From: Octopus vulgaris
Lineage: Eukaryota
Direction of reading: 5' to 3'
NCBI GenBank assembly: GCA_951406725.2
Contig: OX597827.1
Span: 48,980,001-49,044,000, forward strand
DNA: 64,000 nt
Shown piece after piece: positions 38,419 through 52,700 of this stretch. Position numbers and translations under genes: made by a program. Below the pieces are notes generated by a model that made no database searches, was not told the DNA's origin, and was given only the letters and a program-made list of their open reading frames with translations. Each line of letters starts with the position of its first letter. Position 1 is the first letter of the stretch.

Positions 38419-38969
38419 GTAATAATAATACTAATATTAGGGAGTATAAATCCAAACTTTCAGGGAAAAATTCAATTTAGTATTAAATCAAATTTCACAA
38501 TATATAAAATATAAATTAGAGATTAAACCACTATTATGCAACTCAAACAATGATAGACATAAACCAAAACATAAATAACAAATAAAGTATATTTTTATAA
38601 AACATAACTAGATCACAAAAAGTATAAAAGTGAATAATCAATATAGAATATATATATATAGTCTGTCCCAGATGTATGCACGTTTTAAATGCTGTGTAAA
38701 TTTTCATTTCTTTTTATATTTCTCCCATTAGAAATAGTCTTTTTCTAATTTTGGTTGGAGGCCAGCTTTCAAAGCCTATGTGATTCACATTTTCCCTAGT
38801 GGTTAAGTGGTACTTATTTTATAGAAGATGATGAAAGACAATGCCGATCTCAGGGGCACTTAAACTCATAACATAAAGAGCTGAAAGAAATGTCGCTAAG
38901 GGCGTCTTGGGAAAATTTTGAACCTGGGTTCTCATTCTTAAGGTATTGTTTGATGTTATTATTATTATT

Positions 38970-39335
<366 letters not shown>

Positions 39336-39480
39336 AAATTGAGGATATAATCATTAAAAATGATTATATCAGTGGAAACAGTATCAGAAAGTATCAAAGG
39401 AAATTGGAATATAATCATAAAAAATGGCCATACCGTAAAATTACCTTTTAAGAATAAAATAATTAAAATATAATTATAAT

Positions 39481-39727
39481 TAAGGAGGCTGAGATGCCAG
39501 CGCCTATACACTAGAAGTAGATGTCAAATGCCGACAATCAACTTTAAATTAGTTCTCTCTTTACGACTCCAGTTCCAATGCGAAAAATTTATCCCCAATT
39601 TCGTAGACCCTGTAGCTCATTACCTCGCATTCGACATAGGGTTATAAAGAGAGAACAAATTTCGAGTGAATTGTAGGTAGTTGACATCTACTTCTAGCGT
39701 ATAGGCTCTGGCATCCCATCGCCTTTA
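39481..39727. mobile_element. ~245-bp palindromic MITE
   Basis: GATGCCAGCGCCTATACACTAGAAGTAGATGTCAA is mirrored by TTGACATCTACTTCTAGCGTATAGGCTCTGGCATC; TA at both outer ends. Confidence 0.8.
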
Positions 39728-39728
39728 C

Positions 39729-40060
39729 CCTAGTGCGTAACTCGTATTTATTTAATCGACTCTGAAAGGATGACAGGCAAAGGCGACCACGGCGGAATTT
39801 GAACTCAGAACGTAACGGCTGGCGAAATACCTATTTCTTTACTACCCACAAGGGGCTAAACACAGAGAGGACAAACAAGGACAGGCAAACGGACTAAGTC
39901 GATTATATCGACCCCAATGCGTAACTGGTACTTATTCAATCGACCCCGAAAGGATGAAAGGCAAAGTCGATCTCGGTGAAATTTGAACTCAGAACGTATC
40001 GGCAGACGAAATACTGCTAACCATTTCGACCGGCGTGCTAACGTTTCTGCCAGCTCACCG
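39729..40060 (-). mobile_element. SINE family A dimer
   Basis: Same AAAGAAATA/GGTATTTCG junction at about 39831. Confidence 0.9.
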
Positions 40061-40507
40061 TCTTATATCTAACTATCTTTCTATCCATCTGTCTACCTAC
40101 CTACCTATCCATTTATCTAAATTCTTTCCATTGCAGCTTATTCTCATCAGTTTTCATGAACTTTTCATTGGTAACTTTCAACCGTTCATTGGCCAATATT
40201 ACATGCCTTACTGTTTGTATTAGTTGTCTTAGCTTTAAACAGTTACTGTTACTTATGCCATTGCTGTTGGTGGTGGTTGTCATGGAGATGCTGGTGGCGG
40301 TAATATTTCTTGTGGTGGCGATAGTGGTTGTAGTGGAGATATCTGTAGTCGAGATGCTTTGTTGATGATGTTACTAGTTGGAGAGATGTCTTTCCAGGAT
40401 CTTTATATTAGTGATGTTCTTGTTGCCGTTCATTGTGGGAGTGGTGATGATCGACATGATGTTAGTGGTGGTTATGGTGTTGGTCATGATTGTAATGGTT
40501 GTGGTGT

Positions 40508-40887
40508 GGAGGCGCAATGGCCCAGTGGTTAGGGCAGCGGACTCGCGGTCGTAGGATCGCGGTTTCGATTCCCAGACCGGGCGTTTTGAGTGTTTATTGA
40601 GCGAAAGCTCCTAAGAGCTCGATGAGGCTCCGGCAGGGGGTGGTGGTGAACTCTGCTGTACTTTTTCACCACGACTTTCTCTCACTCTTTCTTCCTGTTT
40701 CTGTTGTACCAGTATTTCAAAGGGGTCAGCCTTGTCACACTCAATATCACGCTGAATCTCCCCGAGAACTACGTGAAGGGTACACGTGTCTGTGGAGTGC
40801 TCAGCCACTTGCTCAGTAATTTCGCGAGCAGGCTGTTCTGTTGATTGGATCAACTGAAATCCTCGTCGTTGTAACCGACGGAGTGCC
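40508..40887 (+). mobile_element. Full-length SINE family C
   Basis: A-box TGGCCCAGTGG, B-box GGTTTCGATTCCC, tail CGTAACCGACGGAGTGCC. Confidence 0.9.
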
Positions 40888-41319
40888 ACGAATGGTTGTG
40901 GTGATGAGAATGGTAGTGGTGTTAGCATTCAAGTTGGTTTTGATTGTACAAGTTGTACGAGTATACCGTTCTTGTAGAGTTGGCTGCACTGATGATGATA
41001 GTTCAGATGTCAGAGGGGGTAGAGGTGAGGATAGCGGGTGCTAGTTGCGTAGAGGTAGTAACGGTACTTGTGGTTGCTGAGGTGGTCGTATGGTGAAGAT
41101 GGTGTTAGGTGTTTCAGAAGGAATTGTAATTGCTATGACAAGTTGCAGAAAAGGTGATGGTGTTTATGGGTTTGCTAGTTATATAAAAATGGGTGGTGGT
41201 ATGCTGGGTGACGTGGGCAGTGTTACGGTGTAAGCTTGGGGTGATATCTTGGTGCCAGTGGTACCGAAGTTGGTGGTCACCTGGCAGCGGTAGAGACGGC
41301 AGTAGTTTGGAAAACACTG

Positions 41320-41820
41320 TAAAGATGGTGGCAGTAGTGGTGGTGGTTGTGGTGGTGGTCGTCGTCGTTATCATCGTGGTTGTGATGGTGTCGATGGTGG
41401 GGGGTGTTTTGTTGTCAATGGTGATGCCAATTCTTGCGCTGGTACTGGTACGGTTTTTGCGGCGGTAGTCTGGGAATGGTAGTAGTGGTGGTGGCCGTGC
41501 TTTGGTGCCAGTAATGCTGATGATGCTGGTAGCGTTTATGAGGTAGTAGTGATTGCGGTCTTTTGGTAAAAGATGAGAAAGATGGTGTTAGTGATGGTGG
41601 TGGTGATGGTGGTGGTGGTGGTTGTGGTGATGGTGGTGATGGTGGTGGTTGGAGGTGATGGTGGTGGTGGTGGTGGTAGTAGTGGTATTGATGGTGATGG
41701 CGGTGGTGGTGGTGGTGGTGGTGGTTCTGGCAGTGTGGTGGTTGTGGAGTTGGCGGGGGATTGTACTGGTGGTGTTTTGGTGGTAGCGATAGTAGTGATT
41801 GCGGTGTCTTGATGGTAGCA
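41320..41820. repeat. Degenerate (GGT/GAT)n low-complexity tract
   Basis: Directly visible. Confidence 0.85.
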
Positions 41821-42179
41821 ACTATGTTGCTTGTAGTCGAGGTACTTGACGTTTAGTAGAAGTCATTAAAAAAAACAACTCTTTATTAAATGATCAAAAA
41901 TAATGACTTCAGATCTTCAGTTCCTCAGTTCTTTAACATAGGCATTTCAGAAACGGGTTAATATTGTTTCTATGTCCAATAAAGACTTAGTTATCACTTC
42001 CTTAATGCTAATCTCGAGTCAAACAATCCAATTTTCGCTATTATCTCCACCCCACAATCGTCTCTCTTGATCTACTCTTCTCTACTTCTCTTCCCTCCCG
42101 CAGCCCTTGCTCTGCCTCCTCTCTATTTCATTTTAGTCTCTGTCCAGTAGATTTCTTCGTTTATACATGTGTGTGCGTT

Positions 42180-42273
<94 letters not shown>

Positions 42274-42404
42274 CATATATGTGTGTGTGAGTGACTGCGT
42301 GTTTGTGTTTATATATGTCTATATATGTATGTGTGTGTATATGTACATATATATATGGGTGACGTACGTATATGTATATATGTGTGTACATATATGTGTG
42401 TGTG

Positions 42405-42461
<57 letters not shown>

Positions 42462-43003
42462 TTGTATTTATACAAATATATGTACCTTTCAATATATAAT
42501 ATTTTACTTATATTTATATCTGTCTCTGTCAGCTTTCACTTTATCTATCAACCTTCATGTGTGTGTGTGTGTGCGCGTTTTATTGTGTTTGTGTATGCAT
42601 ATATTTATATATATGTATATGTATGTATTAAAACATTTATAATACATATATATATGTATATGTGTACACACATATATACACATATAAATACGTACGTATG
42701 CACATACATCCATGCATGCACACATATATGCAGAATTCCATATATATTCACAATTTGCAAAGCAAATGATGACCGGAGCAATAGTCGATTCTTTTGAGTT
42801 TATCTCCGTTCATCCTTCAGGCAGAATTCTTTCAGCTAGTAGGCTGCTTAGAAATGGTTGCAATTACAATGGCGAGATGGTCAATGCTTTAATTTGATTT
42901 AACTCTAAGAAATATTTCGTCTTTTGTACTTGAGGTCTTACAGATAACTCGTAAACACACACAGAAGCATACATACACATACACACGCATACACACACAC
43001 ACA

Positions 43004-43043
<40 letters not shown>

Positions 43044-43798
43044 ACGTACGCATGGAAGCACACGCCGTACACAGTCTGCGACTAAGACAGAATCATTCTA
43101 CAACTTTATTACAACGATTCTTTTGACACCACTTATTGAGCGCCTTATTATATGCTCCGAGTCTATATGGACGAAACTAAACGTTGAGAGTTAGAGGCGA
43201 GTTAGTTTAATTAAGTTAGAATACATCCTATGTTAGTTATGTGCAGCATGCAGTTTTTCCTTTGTCTTTTTCTCGCCGGAATTAATCCTATATATAGATT
43301 TCCGTGAAATAGATGAAGAATCGTCAATAAGGTTGCGTAACTACAGCCTCTTCTATTAGCTTTTCAAAGCCTGCCACAGGTTTCGCGCTATCTTTATGAG
43401 AATTGGACAGTTAATATCTTTATAGCCCACACTTCCACCGTTACAGTAAGCTGGAAGATATAGTGAACGTAAACACTAAAAGTATTATTAAATTTATTAA
43501 TTACTTAGACACAAATGATCCCGAGAGAACGATGATGTGGTCGCTCACTCTGCCAGATATAGCAATTTAAGTTTTTCATAACTTACGAGCATGTTTTTAA
43601 ATATCTCTTCCACTTATAAATGGTGATAACATGCTTATAAATGGTGACTACCTTTCACCTATCTTTTATTTGTTTTGGCATGCAGGGTTTTAGTCGGACA
43701 ACTCGACTCCAGGACTTATTTAAAAAAAACAACTACTTATAATATCGGTTTGTTTTGCCGAACTCGGTTGTCAAACGGTGTTGAGGGACAAGCACAAA

Positions 43799-43855
<57 letters not shown>

Positions 43856-44090
43856 ACACACACACACACCCACACAAACACACACATATATATATATGTG
43901 TGTGTGTATGTATTGATATATATATGTATATATATATATATATATACATTTATATTATATAGAGGGCACTATTACACATAGATGCCTCACACTAGGAGGG
44001 ACTTTTAAAATCAAAACTACTAAAATGAATAAATACAAATCGTACCGCAATCAATTCTCGAGGCTGGTCATTTAAAAACAGAATTTAGCC

Positions 44091-44154
44091 GCTTATCACA
44101 CTGTGATTTCGTAATCGGTGCAGTTTTATGCACTTTTTACTCTTCAGTACAAGC
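44091..44154 (-). ncRNA. Type I hammerhead motif
   Basis: GCUugua-CUGAAGA-GUAA aaa GUGCA uaaaac UGCAC cga UUAC-GAAA-UCACA g UGUGA-UA-AGC; strong stems II and III, offset stem I. Confidence 0.6.
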
Positions 44155-44254
44155 ATAATTCAAGATATATAATGAATAAGCAAAAACAACATACCATGCG
44201 AACAGCTTCATGAGACACCTAACCTAAATTAAGGAAACCTTACTAGTGACAGGT

Positions 44255-44742
44255 AGGAACGAAGGAGTATTGAGAGCAGAAAAAAGGAAGTACAAAAAGG
44301 GCATGAAGAAGAATTATGCAAGAAGAGGCTACACAATCAATTTCATGTAACCACAACAGAAGTTTCTAGAAAAAATAGGTGGGAGTGACTGAGGAAAGGA
44401 ATACTATAAAAAGAGACCGAAAGCACTATACTGACAGCACAAGACCAAGCTTTGGCCACGAACCGAAGGGTCAACCTTTGAAATGAGCAAGTGTCTCCAC
44501 TGAGGAAGATGGTGTCAATTTTTGTTGGGTGCTTGGAAACAGTATCAGAAAGTATCAAAGGAAATTGGAATATAGTGCCCAGTAGAACTGTTACAAAATA
44601 TTTGCCTCCTTGGCATGGCCAGCATAATCAGGAACCTATTAGATAGCTGAAAAGAACGAATGGCATAGTACCGTTGGCTTCAGGTAAGCCTGCTACGCAT
44701 GCAAGACTCCAGGAGCTCCAACAAAACCTGTGATAAAGGGAT
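44255..44742 (+). mobile_element. Internally deleted R4/Dong-type LINE 3' relic
   Basis: LRKGILKRETESTILTAQDQALATN and ..ELLQNICLLG.ASIIR motifs (frameshifted); followed by (AAT)n. Confidence 0.65.
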
Positions 44743-44743
44743 G

Positions 44744-44789
<46 letters not shown>

Positions 44790-44797
44790 TAATAATG

Positions 44798-44839
<42 letters not shown>

Positions 44840-44984
44840 GTAATAATAATAATAATAATAATAATATTTATAATAATAACAACAACAATAATAATAATAG
44901 TAATAGTAAAGAAAGTTTATTAAAAGCTGCTAGACACACCGAAAATACCAAACAAACTTAAAAATCACAAAAAAAACACAGAAA

Positions 44985-45803
44985 ACATTTGGCTGGCAGG
45001 AGAAGGCGTTGCATGGTAGATTTCCAAATATACTTTCAACAAATAGCAGTAATGAGACATAGTTATGGTTGAAGAAAGGAACACTGAAGAGGGAGACAGA
45101 AAGTTTGTTGGTAGCTATACAAGATCAAGCATTAAGGACTAATTGGATAAAAGCCAAGATACACAAAACCAAGTAGATTCTCAATGTAGTCAAAAGTGAA
45201 AAGCTTTAGTCATATAGTAAGTGAATGCTGCATGCTGGCACAGAAAGAATACAAGAAAAGACATGACAATCGAGGGAGAGCAATCCACTGGGAGTTTTGT
45301 AGAAAGCTAGGATTTGAAAATACTGATAAATGGTATGAACATAAACCTAGTAAATTATTGAAAAGTAAGAAATATAAGATGATGTGGGACTTTAAAATTC
45401 AGACTGACAGAGTGATAGAAGCTAGAAGGCCTGATTTCGTAGTGGTAGATAAAGAGAATAGAAAGTGCCAGATAACTGACTTTACAGTGCCAAATGATGA
45501 AGAAAAATGATATGACAAGTATAGAAAAAATAGCCATTTTATTACAGAGAGTATGGAAAGTGGCAGGTAAAATGTTACGCAGTAGTTATAGGTGTATTTG
45601 GAATTATCCCAAAAGATATGAACAGTTGGATAAAGGAAATAGGCATAAAACCCAGTTTAGTACAGCTGCAGAAAACAGTGTTATTAGGGACAGCTAAGAT
45701 ACTAAGATACTAAGGAGGGTTCTTGGCATTTAAGGGAACTTGTTGTCGCCCGATGTTAGGATTCTTTTCTTTTCCAACTGTCTAAACTGTTGAGTGTATA
45801 TGG
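44985..45803 (+). mobile_element. R4/Dong-clade LINE 3' fragment (zinc knuckle + REL endonuclease)
   Basis: WLKKGTLKRETESLLVAIQDQALRTN, HIVSECCMLAQKEYKKRHD, WDFKIQTDRVIEARRPDFVVVD, LQKTVLLGTAKIL; the 3' end abuts (AAT)n. Confidence 0.85.
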
Positions 45804-45880
<77 letters not shown>

Positions 45881-45904
45881 AAGAAGAAGAAGAAGAAGAA
45901 GAAG

Positions 45905-46115
45905 AATGGATTCAAATTTTGTTACAGGGGTTGCAATTTTGGGGTAGGGGATAGGTCGATAAAATCAACTCCAATGTTTGACTGGTACTGATATAGACTC
46001 TGAAAGAATGATACGCACGTTCGATCTCTGTGGAATTTGAACTCAGAGCTATCGACGTACGAAATACCGCTAAGTATTTCGTCCAGCGTGCTAAAAATTC
46101 CGCCAGCTCACCGCC

Positions 46116-46118
<3 letters not shown>
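45905..46118 (-). mobile_element. Degenerate SINE family A
   Basis: GGAATTTGAACTCAGAG..CCGCCAGCTCACCGCC. Confidence 0.75.
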
Positions 46119-46167
<49 letters not shown>

Positions 46168-46223
46168 TTATATATGCAGATACCCTCAGACAGACAGACA
46201 TACATACAGACAGACAGACAGAC

Positions 46224-46315
<92 letters not shown>

Positions 46316-46678
46316 TGTTTGATTGATTGATTGATTGATTTATCTAATCATGAAATTTCAGTACTCAAACTTAAATCATTTAAGTTGTTTTAATACACCT
46401 TAATAAGTGTCTGGAAGATTTTCGGAATGTGTTATAAGGGGAAACAAAAAGAGGAAAAAACATGTAGCAGCAAATTTTTTGAAACTTTTACCTAAAGGTC
46501 AAAGTGTAACAAACATCCACCAAGCTGAACACACCCATTGTAGTAAGAAAGTTTCTGAATATTAATTGCTTGTTGGTAAACAGTCGCCCGCACGAGAGAA
46601 ATACAAATATACTTTCATATATATTTGTAGATATACATACATACATACAGACATACATACATACATACATACATACAT

Positions 46679-46715
<37 letters not shown>

Positions 46716-47459
46716 TAGATAGATAGATAGATAGATAGATATATAGATAGATAGATAGATGTGTCCCTAACATCGCTTGAAAACCGATGCTGGTGTGTTT
46801 ACGTCCTAGTAAGTTAACGATTCGGTAAAAAAGACCGAGATAACAAGTACTAGGCTTACAAAGAATATGTTTTGAGGTGGTGCTCCAGCATGGCCGCAGT
46901 GAAATAACTGATACAAGTAAAAGAGAGAAAAGAGAGTGTATGTACATATACATATATACACTCACAAACATATATATATATGTGTGTGTGTGTGAGTGTG
47001 TGTGTATGTGTGTGCATGTGTATGTATATATATATGGATGTACATATACATATATGTGTGTGTTTGTGTGTGTGTATAATGTACTCTTTTTGATGTATTC
47101 CTTCTTCGCACTAAGGAGAACAGTAATATGTAATTTGATTATATTATAATTAAATTAATTTTTTAACTTGTTGTTTACACGTTAAAATTACCGTTCCAAA
47201 CGATGGTATGCATTGATTTTTTTAAAACTTATAACACCTCTTCTCCATCTTTAATTGTTTGTTATCAATAGGATACGTGTTCTATAAATGATCTGAATAC
47301 ACTTTATACTTGTAACATTTTCATATTCGGAAAATATTTACTACAGTAAGCTACCAAATCTATATGAAAAATCTTTGTAAGAAATCAACCTTTGCCTCCC
47401 CACCCCCAAAAATAATAAAGGATTAAATAGAACTCAACCTTTTCTCATATATATATATA

Positions 47460-47577
47460 CTAGCCTGCTCGCTTAGCCAGCGGGGTGGCGTCATTCGAAT
47501 GCTGAAACAATGCGAACGCATTGTGACCAGCGATGTGTAGCAACATCTGATAGCCTGGTCGGTCACGTGATCACGTG

Positions 47578-47580
<3 letters not shown>
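47460..47580 (+). mobile_element. SINE 3' tail fragment
   Basis: Ends GGTCGGTCACGTGATCACGTGAT; resembles the tail of 4975-5225. Confidence 0.55.
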
Positions 47581-47612
<32 letters not shown>

Positions 47613-47642
47613 CACACACACACATATATATATATATATACA

Positions 47643-47708
<66 letters not shown>

Positions 47709-49800
47709 AAAAACTTAGATAAAAACTTAGATATGTTTCGATCAATGATTGGTCCAGGCCATGTCTAACTTAATAGCACCACCTGATAGGATTATTTGAA
47801 TCCTGTTCAAGTCAAGTTTTGTTTATGGTCCATTCAAGTAGTGAGTTTTCGTTAGGTGAGTTGTATCCAATTATGGATGGCTTATCTGGTATTCCTTGAA
47901 GGAATCTATGCAGACTCCGTTTAAAGTTGATGGGATCCTGTTCCTCTTTGATCTCTTTCGGGACAATGTTAAATAGGGCAGGGCCTGTTGAGGAAAAGAA
48001 ATTGTGTTGTAGTGTACATGTATGCTGTGATCTTGAATTGGGCAGGGGACGTATGGCCCGTGGTCCCAGTCTTGGATGAACCTTGAAGCTAATGTTCAGG
48101 TCGTTTGTGCAAAGTTGGCGGTATATTCTCCACATCGTACAAATGATGTACCGCTCAGAGCGACGCTGAAGAGAGTAGAGGTTCAAGGCTTTAAGGCGAT
48201 CCCAATAATCGAGAGCAGCCATGCCTTCAATTCGTTTAGTGAGTGCTCTCTAGGGTGATTTAATCCTCGAGATGTTTTGTCTTGTATGGGGAGACCACAA
48301 TGGGCAGCATTATTCGAGGTGTGGCCGTACAAAGGAGGAGAAAAGTGGTATGATGACACCTTGTTCTCTGGACCGGAAAGTTCTTAAGATCTAGGAACTC
48401 ATCCTACGAGCTATATCGACCTTCTTGTTGATGTATGCACTCCAACTGAGATCGTCATCAACAATTATACCAAGGTCTCTGATGTTGTTAGAGGCTGTGA
48501 GCGGTTGCCCTGAAGGAAGAGAGTATGGCTGTTTTAGTGAGGAACTTCTTCCAAAATGCATCAGCTCAAATTTTCCCTCGTTCAGTTGCATTTTATTTCT
48601 GTCTGCCCATTGACTCACAGCATATAGATCAGACTGGAGTTGAGTTCGGTCTGCTTCTTCATTGACGATTTGCTGGAGCTTAGTGTCATCAGCAAATATT
48701 TTCACTTTGCAGTAATGTACGACACTAGAAAAGTCGTTTATGTAGATTATGAAGAGTAGCGGAACCAAGGCAGTCCCCTGGGGGACACCACTGGTGACTT
48801 TTGATAGGCTTGAGTGGACTCCATCAACTACAACATGTTGTGTTCTATTCGTCAGGAAATACTTGATCCAGTGTAGAACTTTTCCGCGGATTCCAACATT
48901 TGCCAATTTTGAGAGTAGGATATTATGGTCTACCCTGTCGAACGCTTTACTGAAGTCAAGATATATGACATCAGATTTCGAACCTGTTCCCAAGGCTTTG
49001 AGTACATCTTCAATGTAGTGTAAGAGCTGTGTTAGACAGTCCCTGCCACAGCGAAAGCCATGCTGATTTGCATTTAGGAGTTTGTGAGTCTCCAGGAAGT
49101 CAACTATCCTTGATCTTAACACTCTTTCAAACACTTTGATGATGTGGGAGGTGAGTGAGATTGGGCGATAGTCGAGTGCGAGGGATCTGTTTCCCTGTTT
49201 GAAAACCGGGATGACTGACTGGGATAGAAACTGTTTCGGTATATAACCTGCGTCTAACGAGTTTCTCCAGAGGTTGGTCAGAGGGACTGCAAGTTGGTGT
49301 CTACATTCCTTCAGGATACTAGCGGGGAATCTATCAGGGCCTACAGCAGAGTAGTATTTGACCTCATTTATTGCTGCTGTGATGTCAGTGGCAGTGAAGG
49401 TTATGTCTGAAATTTTATGTTGAGAGTCAACTTCGTTCGCTTCTCTTGCGTCAATATCGGTGGGAACACTAAAGACAGAGCAGTATTGTTTCTGCAGTAT
49501 TTCTGCCATTTCTTTAGCATCCTGTTGGGGAATGCCGTTATCATCAATCAATGGCCCAATGGGTGAGACAGTGGTTCTATGCTTATTTCCATAAGAATAG
49601 AACACTTTTGGGTTCTGTTTGATATTTTTGATTACCCACCGTTCCTCCACAGCTCTTTGATTTTCAATGGAGGTTTTCATGTCGTTCAGTAGATGAAGTT
49701 TTTCCAGCTCTAGCCTTTTCATTGTTGTTGAATTTGGATGTTGTATGTGGGAATATTTTAATTGGTTGATTTTTTTGTTGAGTCTGATGAAGGAATCTAT
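47709..49800 (-). mobile_element. 5'-truncated CR1/L2-group LINE, reverse transcriptase region
   Basis: ORF 48391-49857 carries DYRPISLTS, QHGFR, YLDFSKAFDRV, GVPQG and KIFADDTKL. It continues past premature TAG stops to 47812. The 3' tail has ATCTAAGTTTTT twice. No APE domain present. Confidence 0.95.
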
Positions 49801-49913
49801 CCAGACTATATATATATAGGGAAGATTCACAAAAAAACAAAAGACGAATACAGGCAATGGGTGGTGTAGACAACAAACAGATGTATTAGTCTAACGCTCG
49901 GGAAGTGAAAAAG

Positions 49914-49951
49914 TCTTTAACGTTTCGAGCCTACGCTCTTCCACAGAAAGG
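49914..49951 (-). ncRNA. Minimal type I hammerhead motif, CUGUGGA core variant
   Basis: CUUU-CUGUGGA-A GAGC guag GCUC-GAAA-CG-UU-AAAG; same family as 31845. Confidence 0.65.
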
Positions 49952-52119
49952 AACACAGAAAGAACCAAGGAGAGAAATAAAGAATGTGTAGTGGCTAGCG
50001 ATCTATCATGGCAATATGCATATATATATATCCTTATTAATCGACAATGCACAACTTAATGTGATTCCTGAGCTGTCAACAGAAAGTGGGATTCATAGTT
50101 ATTTCTCACCGCATTTAAACTATAAACACCAGTTTGCATAAAATATCATCTTAGATATACTGTGGAACAACACTATAGCCTTTCTCTGTCTTGTTAAATC
50201 ATGAATGTTGGCGAAGGAATTACCAGACCCAATAATTTTGCTAAGGATATTGGAAGATCTCAACTGGATACTATGCCAACTTTTACTGCCCGAGTAAAGG
50301 GTATAGGTGTTTGCAGTCTATGTTTCCTTCTGTTTCTCTCCGGTGTGTAGAACTCAGGCTCCTGGATGACATTTAATTTATTAAATACAGAAATAATCAT
50401 TTCTGCCCAATGAAGTACAGTTCTCGCTGGTGGTAGCCAGCTAGAGTGTTAGTCTTGGAGCTATGTCTTACAAACACTAGTCATACAAAACTAGAAATCT
50501 TCAAGAGTATTTGTCGACTCTCTCCACATGCTTGATACACCAAAGTTTAATATAATTCTTCTATCGTCAATTTATTACCTCGCATTCACGAATCTATCCA
50601 AAAACACCAATTGATGGATCTATCGTTTGCTCTAAAGGCCCGATATTTAACTCCAAAATAGAGCAATATGCAACTCTAACAAAGTATCTCGTACACTGCA
50701 TTCTCATATGTAACAGGATCCAGTCTGTGTTTGCAAGTTCTACACTTATTCGCACTAACCAAATTAGACGACAATTTTCCTTATCTACGATATGTTACCA
50801 TGCAGATAAACATCAAACGGGAATAACGGAATAACCTGCAATCTTGCAGGTTATTCTGTCGTACAGAGAATAACCTGCAATGTTTGAAAAGTTATGGAAT
50901 AGGAAGAACAGCTTGAAAAGTATATTTTTTAATAATCTTTACAGCCTGCTTCGTATATAACCCTAACTTTAAAAGAGTGCAGGTATGTGCTCCCATATTT
51001 ATTTCGGTAGTGGTTCTATTTTCTGTTATTTTCTGTTATTGAGACTTAATGAAAACTCAGATTTATGGTTAATTACTAAGTTATCTGACTCATGGAAGCT
51101 CATACCAGGAGCCACTTTGGAAAATTATAAACAATGATATATTCGTATCTGTTCTCTTCTTTCCATAACTTCTAAAAGATTACAGATTATTCTTTGCAGC
51201 TCGTAGTTCATAAGTATGTCACCCTTTAGACAATTAATAATTATTGTCACTTGATATTTTATCATCTTAAAACCTTACATCACAATCTATTTCGACCACA
51301 GAGAGCTAAGCTCTGCTATATCTTATATGATGGAGTAAGTATCTGTGTTTATTATAAAATTGGTATCTAGCAGGCTTCTTTTCCCATTCTTTCACTATAA
51401 TATAGCAACAAGTTAGTTGTAGCGTTTTAGCTTTGTAAGAAATATTAAAAAAATAAACACCTGTCATCTTCAAAATGTCTTGTAGGCACTACATCATTTT
51501 AAATGAACAGAATGGTTTGGAACTATGAATTAATACTGTCTATAATTTTCATAAAAATGCCAAAGATTTGTAATTCGGACGTGTGGCCAGCAGTTTTTAG
51601 TGACAATAGTTGACGTGTTAGACAAAACTCGTCAAATTTAGTCACTAAACACCATAATTATATCAAAACCGATTCCACCTTCATAACATATATCCACACA
51701 AACACACGCATATTTACGCTCACAACAAATCGGTAACTGTTCATTATATATGCAAATGTGCACAGTAGCATTCACACGCATACACGTGCATAGATTTAGG
51801 CACATTTATAAATATATACATCTACATATGTACGCACATATATATATAAGTATATATATATATAATTATACTCGCGTGTGTGTGTGTATATTATATATGT
51901 GTGCATGATTAAGGGTATTAAAAATTCAGAGATTTTTCACTTATCAATTCATAGGATCAGCGTTTGTGGTGATTTCTGCCGTCAAAATCAGATTCACAAT
52001 AATGAAAAGCAAATCACGCTAACGAGATAGCAACTACACACACACACCTACATATACACGCACATATCCATACACAAACATATATGTGTATGTGCGTGTG
52101 AGTGCGTGTAAATATATAA

Positions 52120-52155
<36 letters not shown>

Positions 52156-52180
52156 TTATGTATGTATGTATGTATGTATG

Positions 52181-52700
<520 letters not shown>

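Noticed and set aside
40100-40155. Minus-strand CTGATGA...GAAA
   Set aside because: No pairing for stem I or stem II.
41573-41821. His/Thr- or Gly/Val-rich ORFs
   Set aside because: Degenerate (GGT)n tract with no splice or domain evidence.
45083-45110. CTGAAGA GGGAGACA GAAA
   Set aside because: Coding sequence (LKRETES) of the R4-type LINE; no stems.
49781-49807. CTGATGAAGGA..TCC partial HHR on +
   Set aside because: GAAA and stem III are missing; could equally be LINE coding sequence on the minus strand.
50400-50800. Possible L1-type C-terminal zinc knuckle on the minus strand (CRTCK)
   Set aside because: Too degraded; many stops and no second supporting motif.
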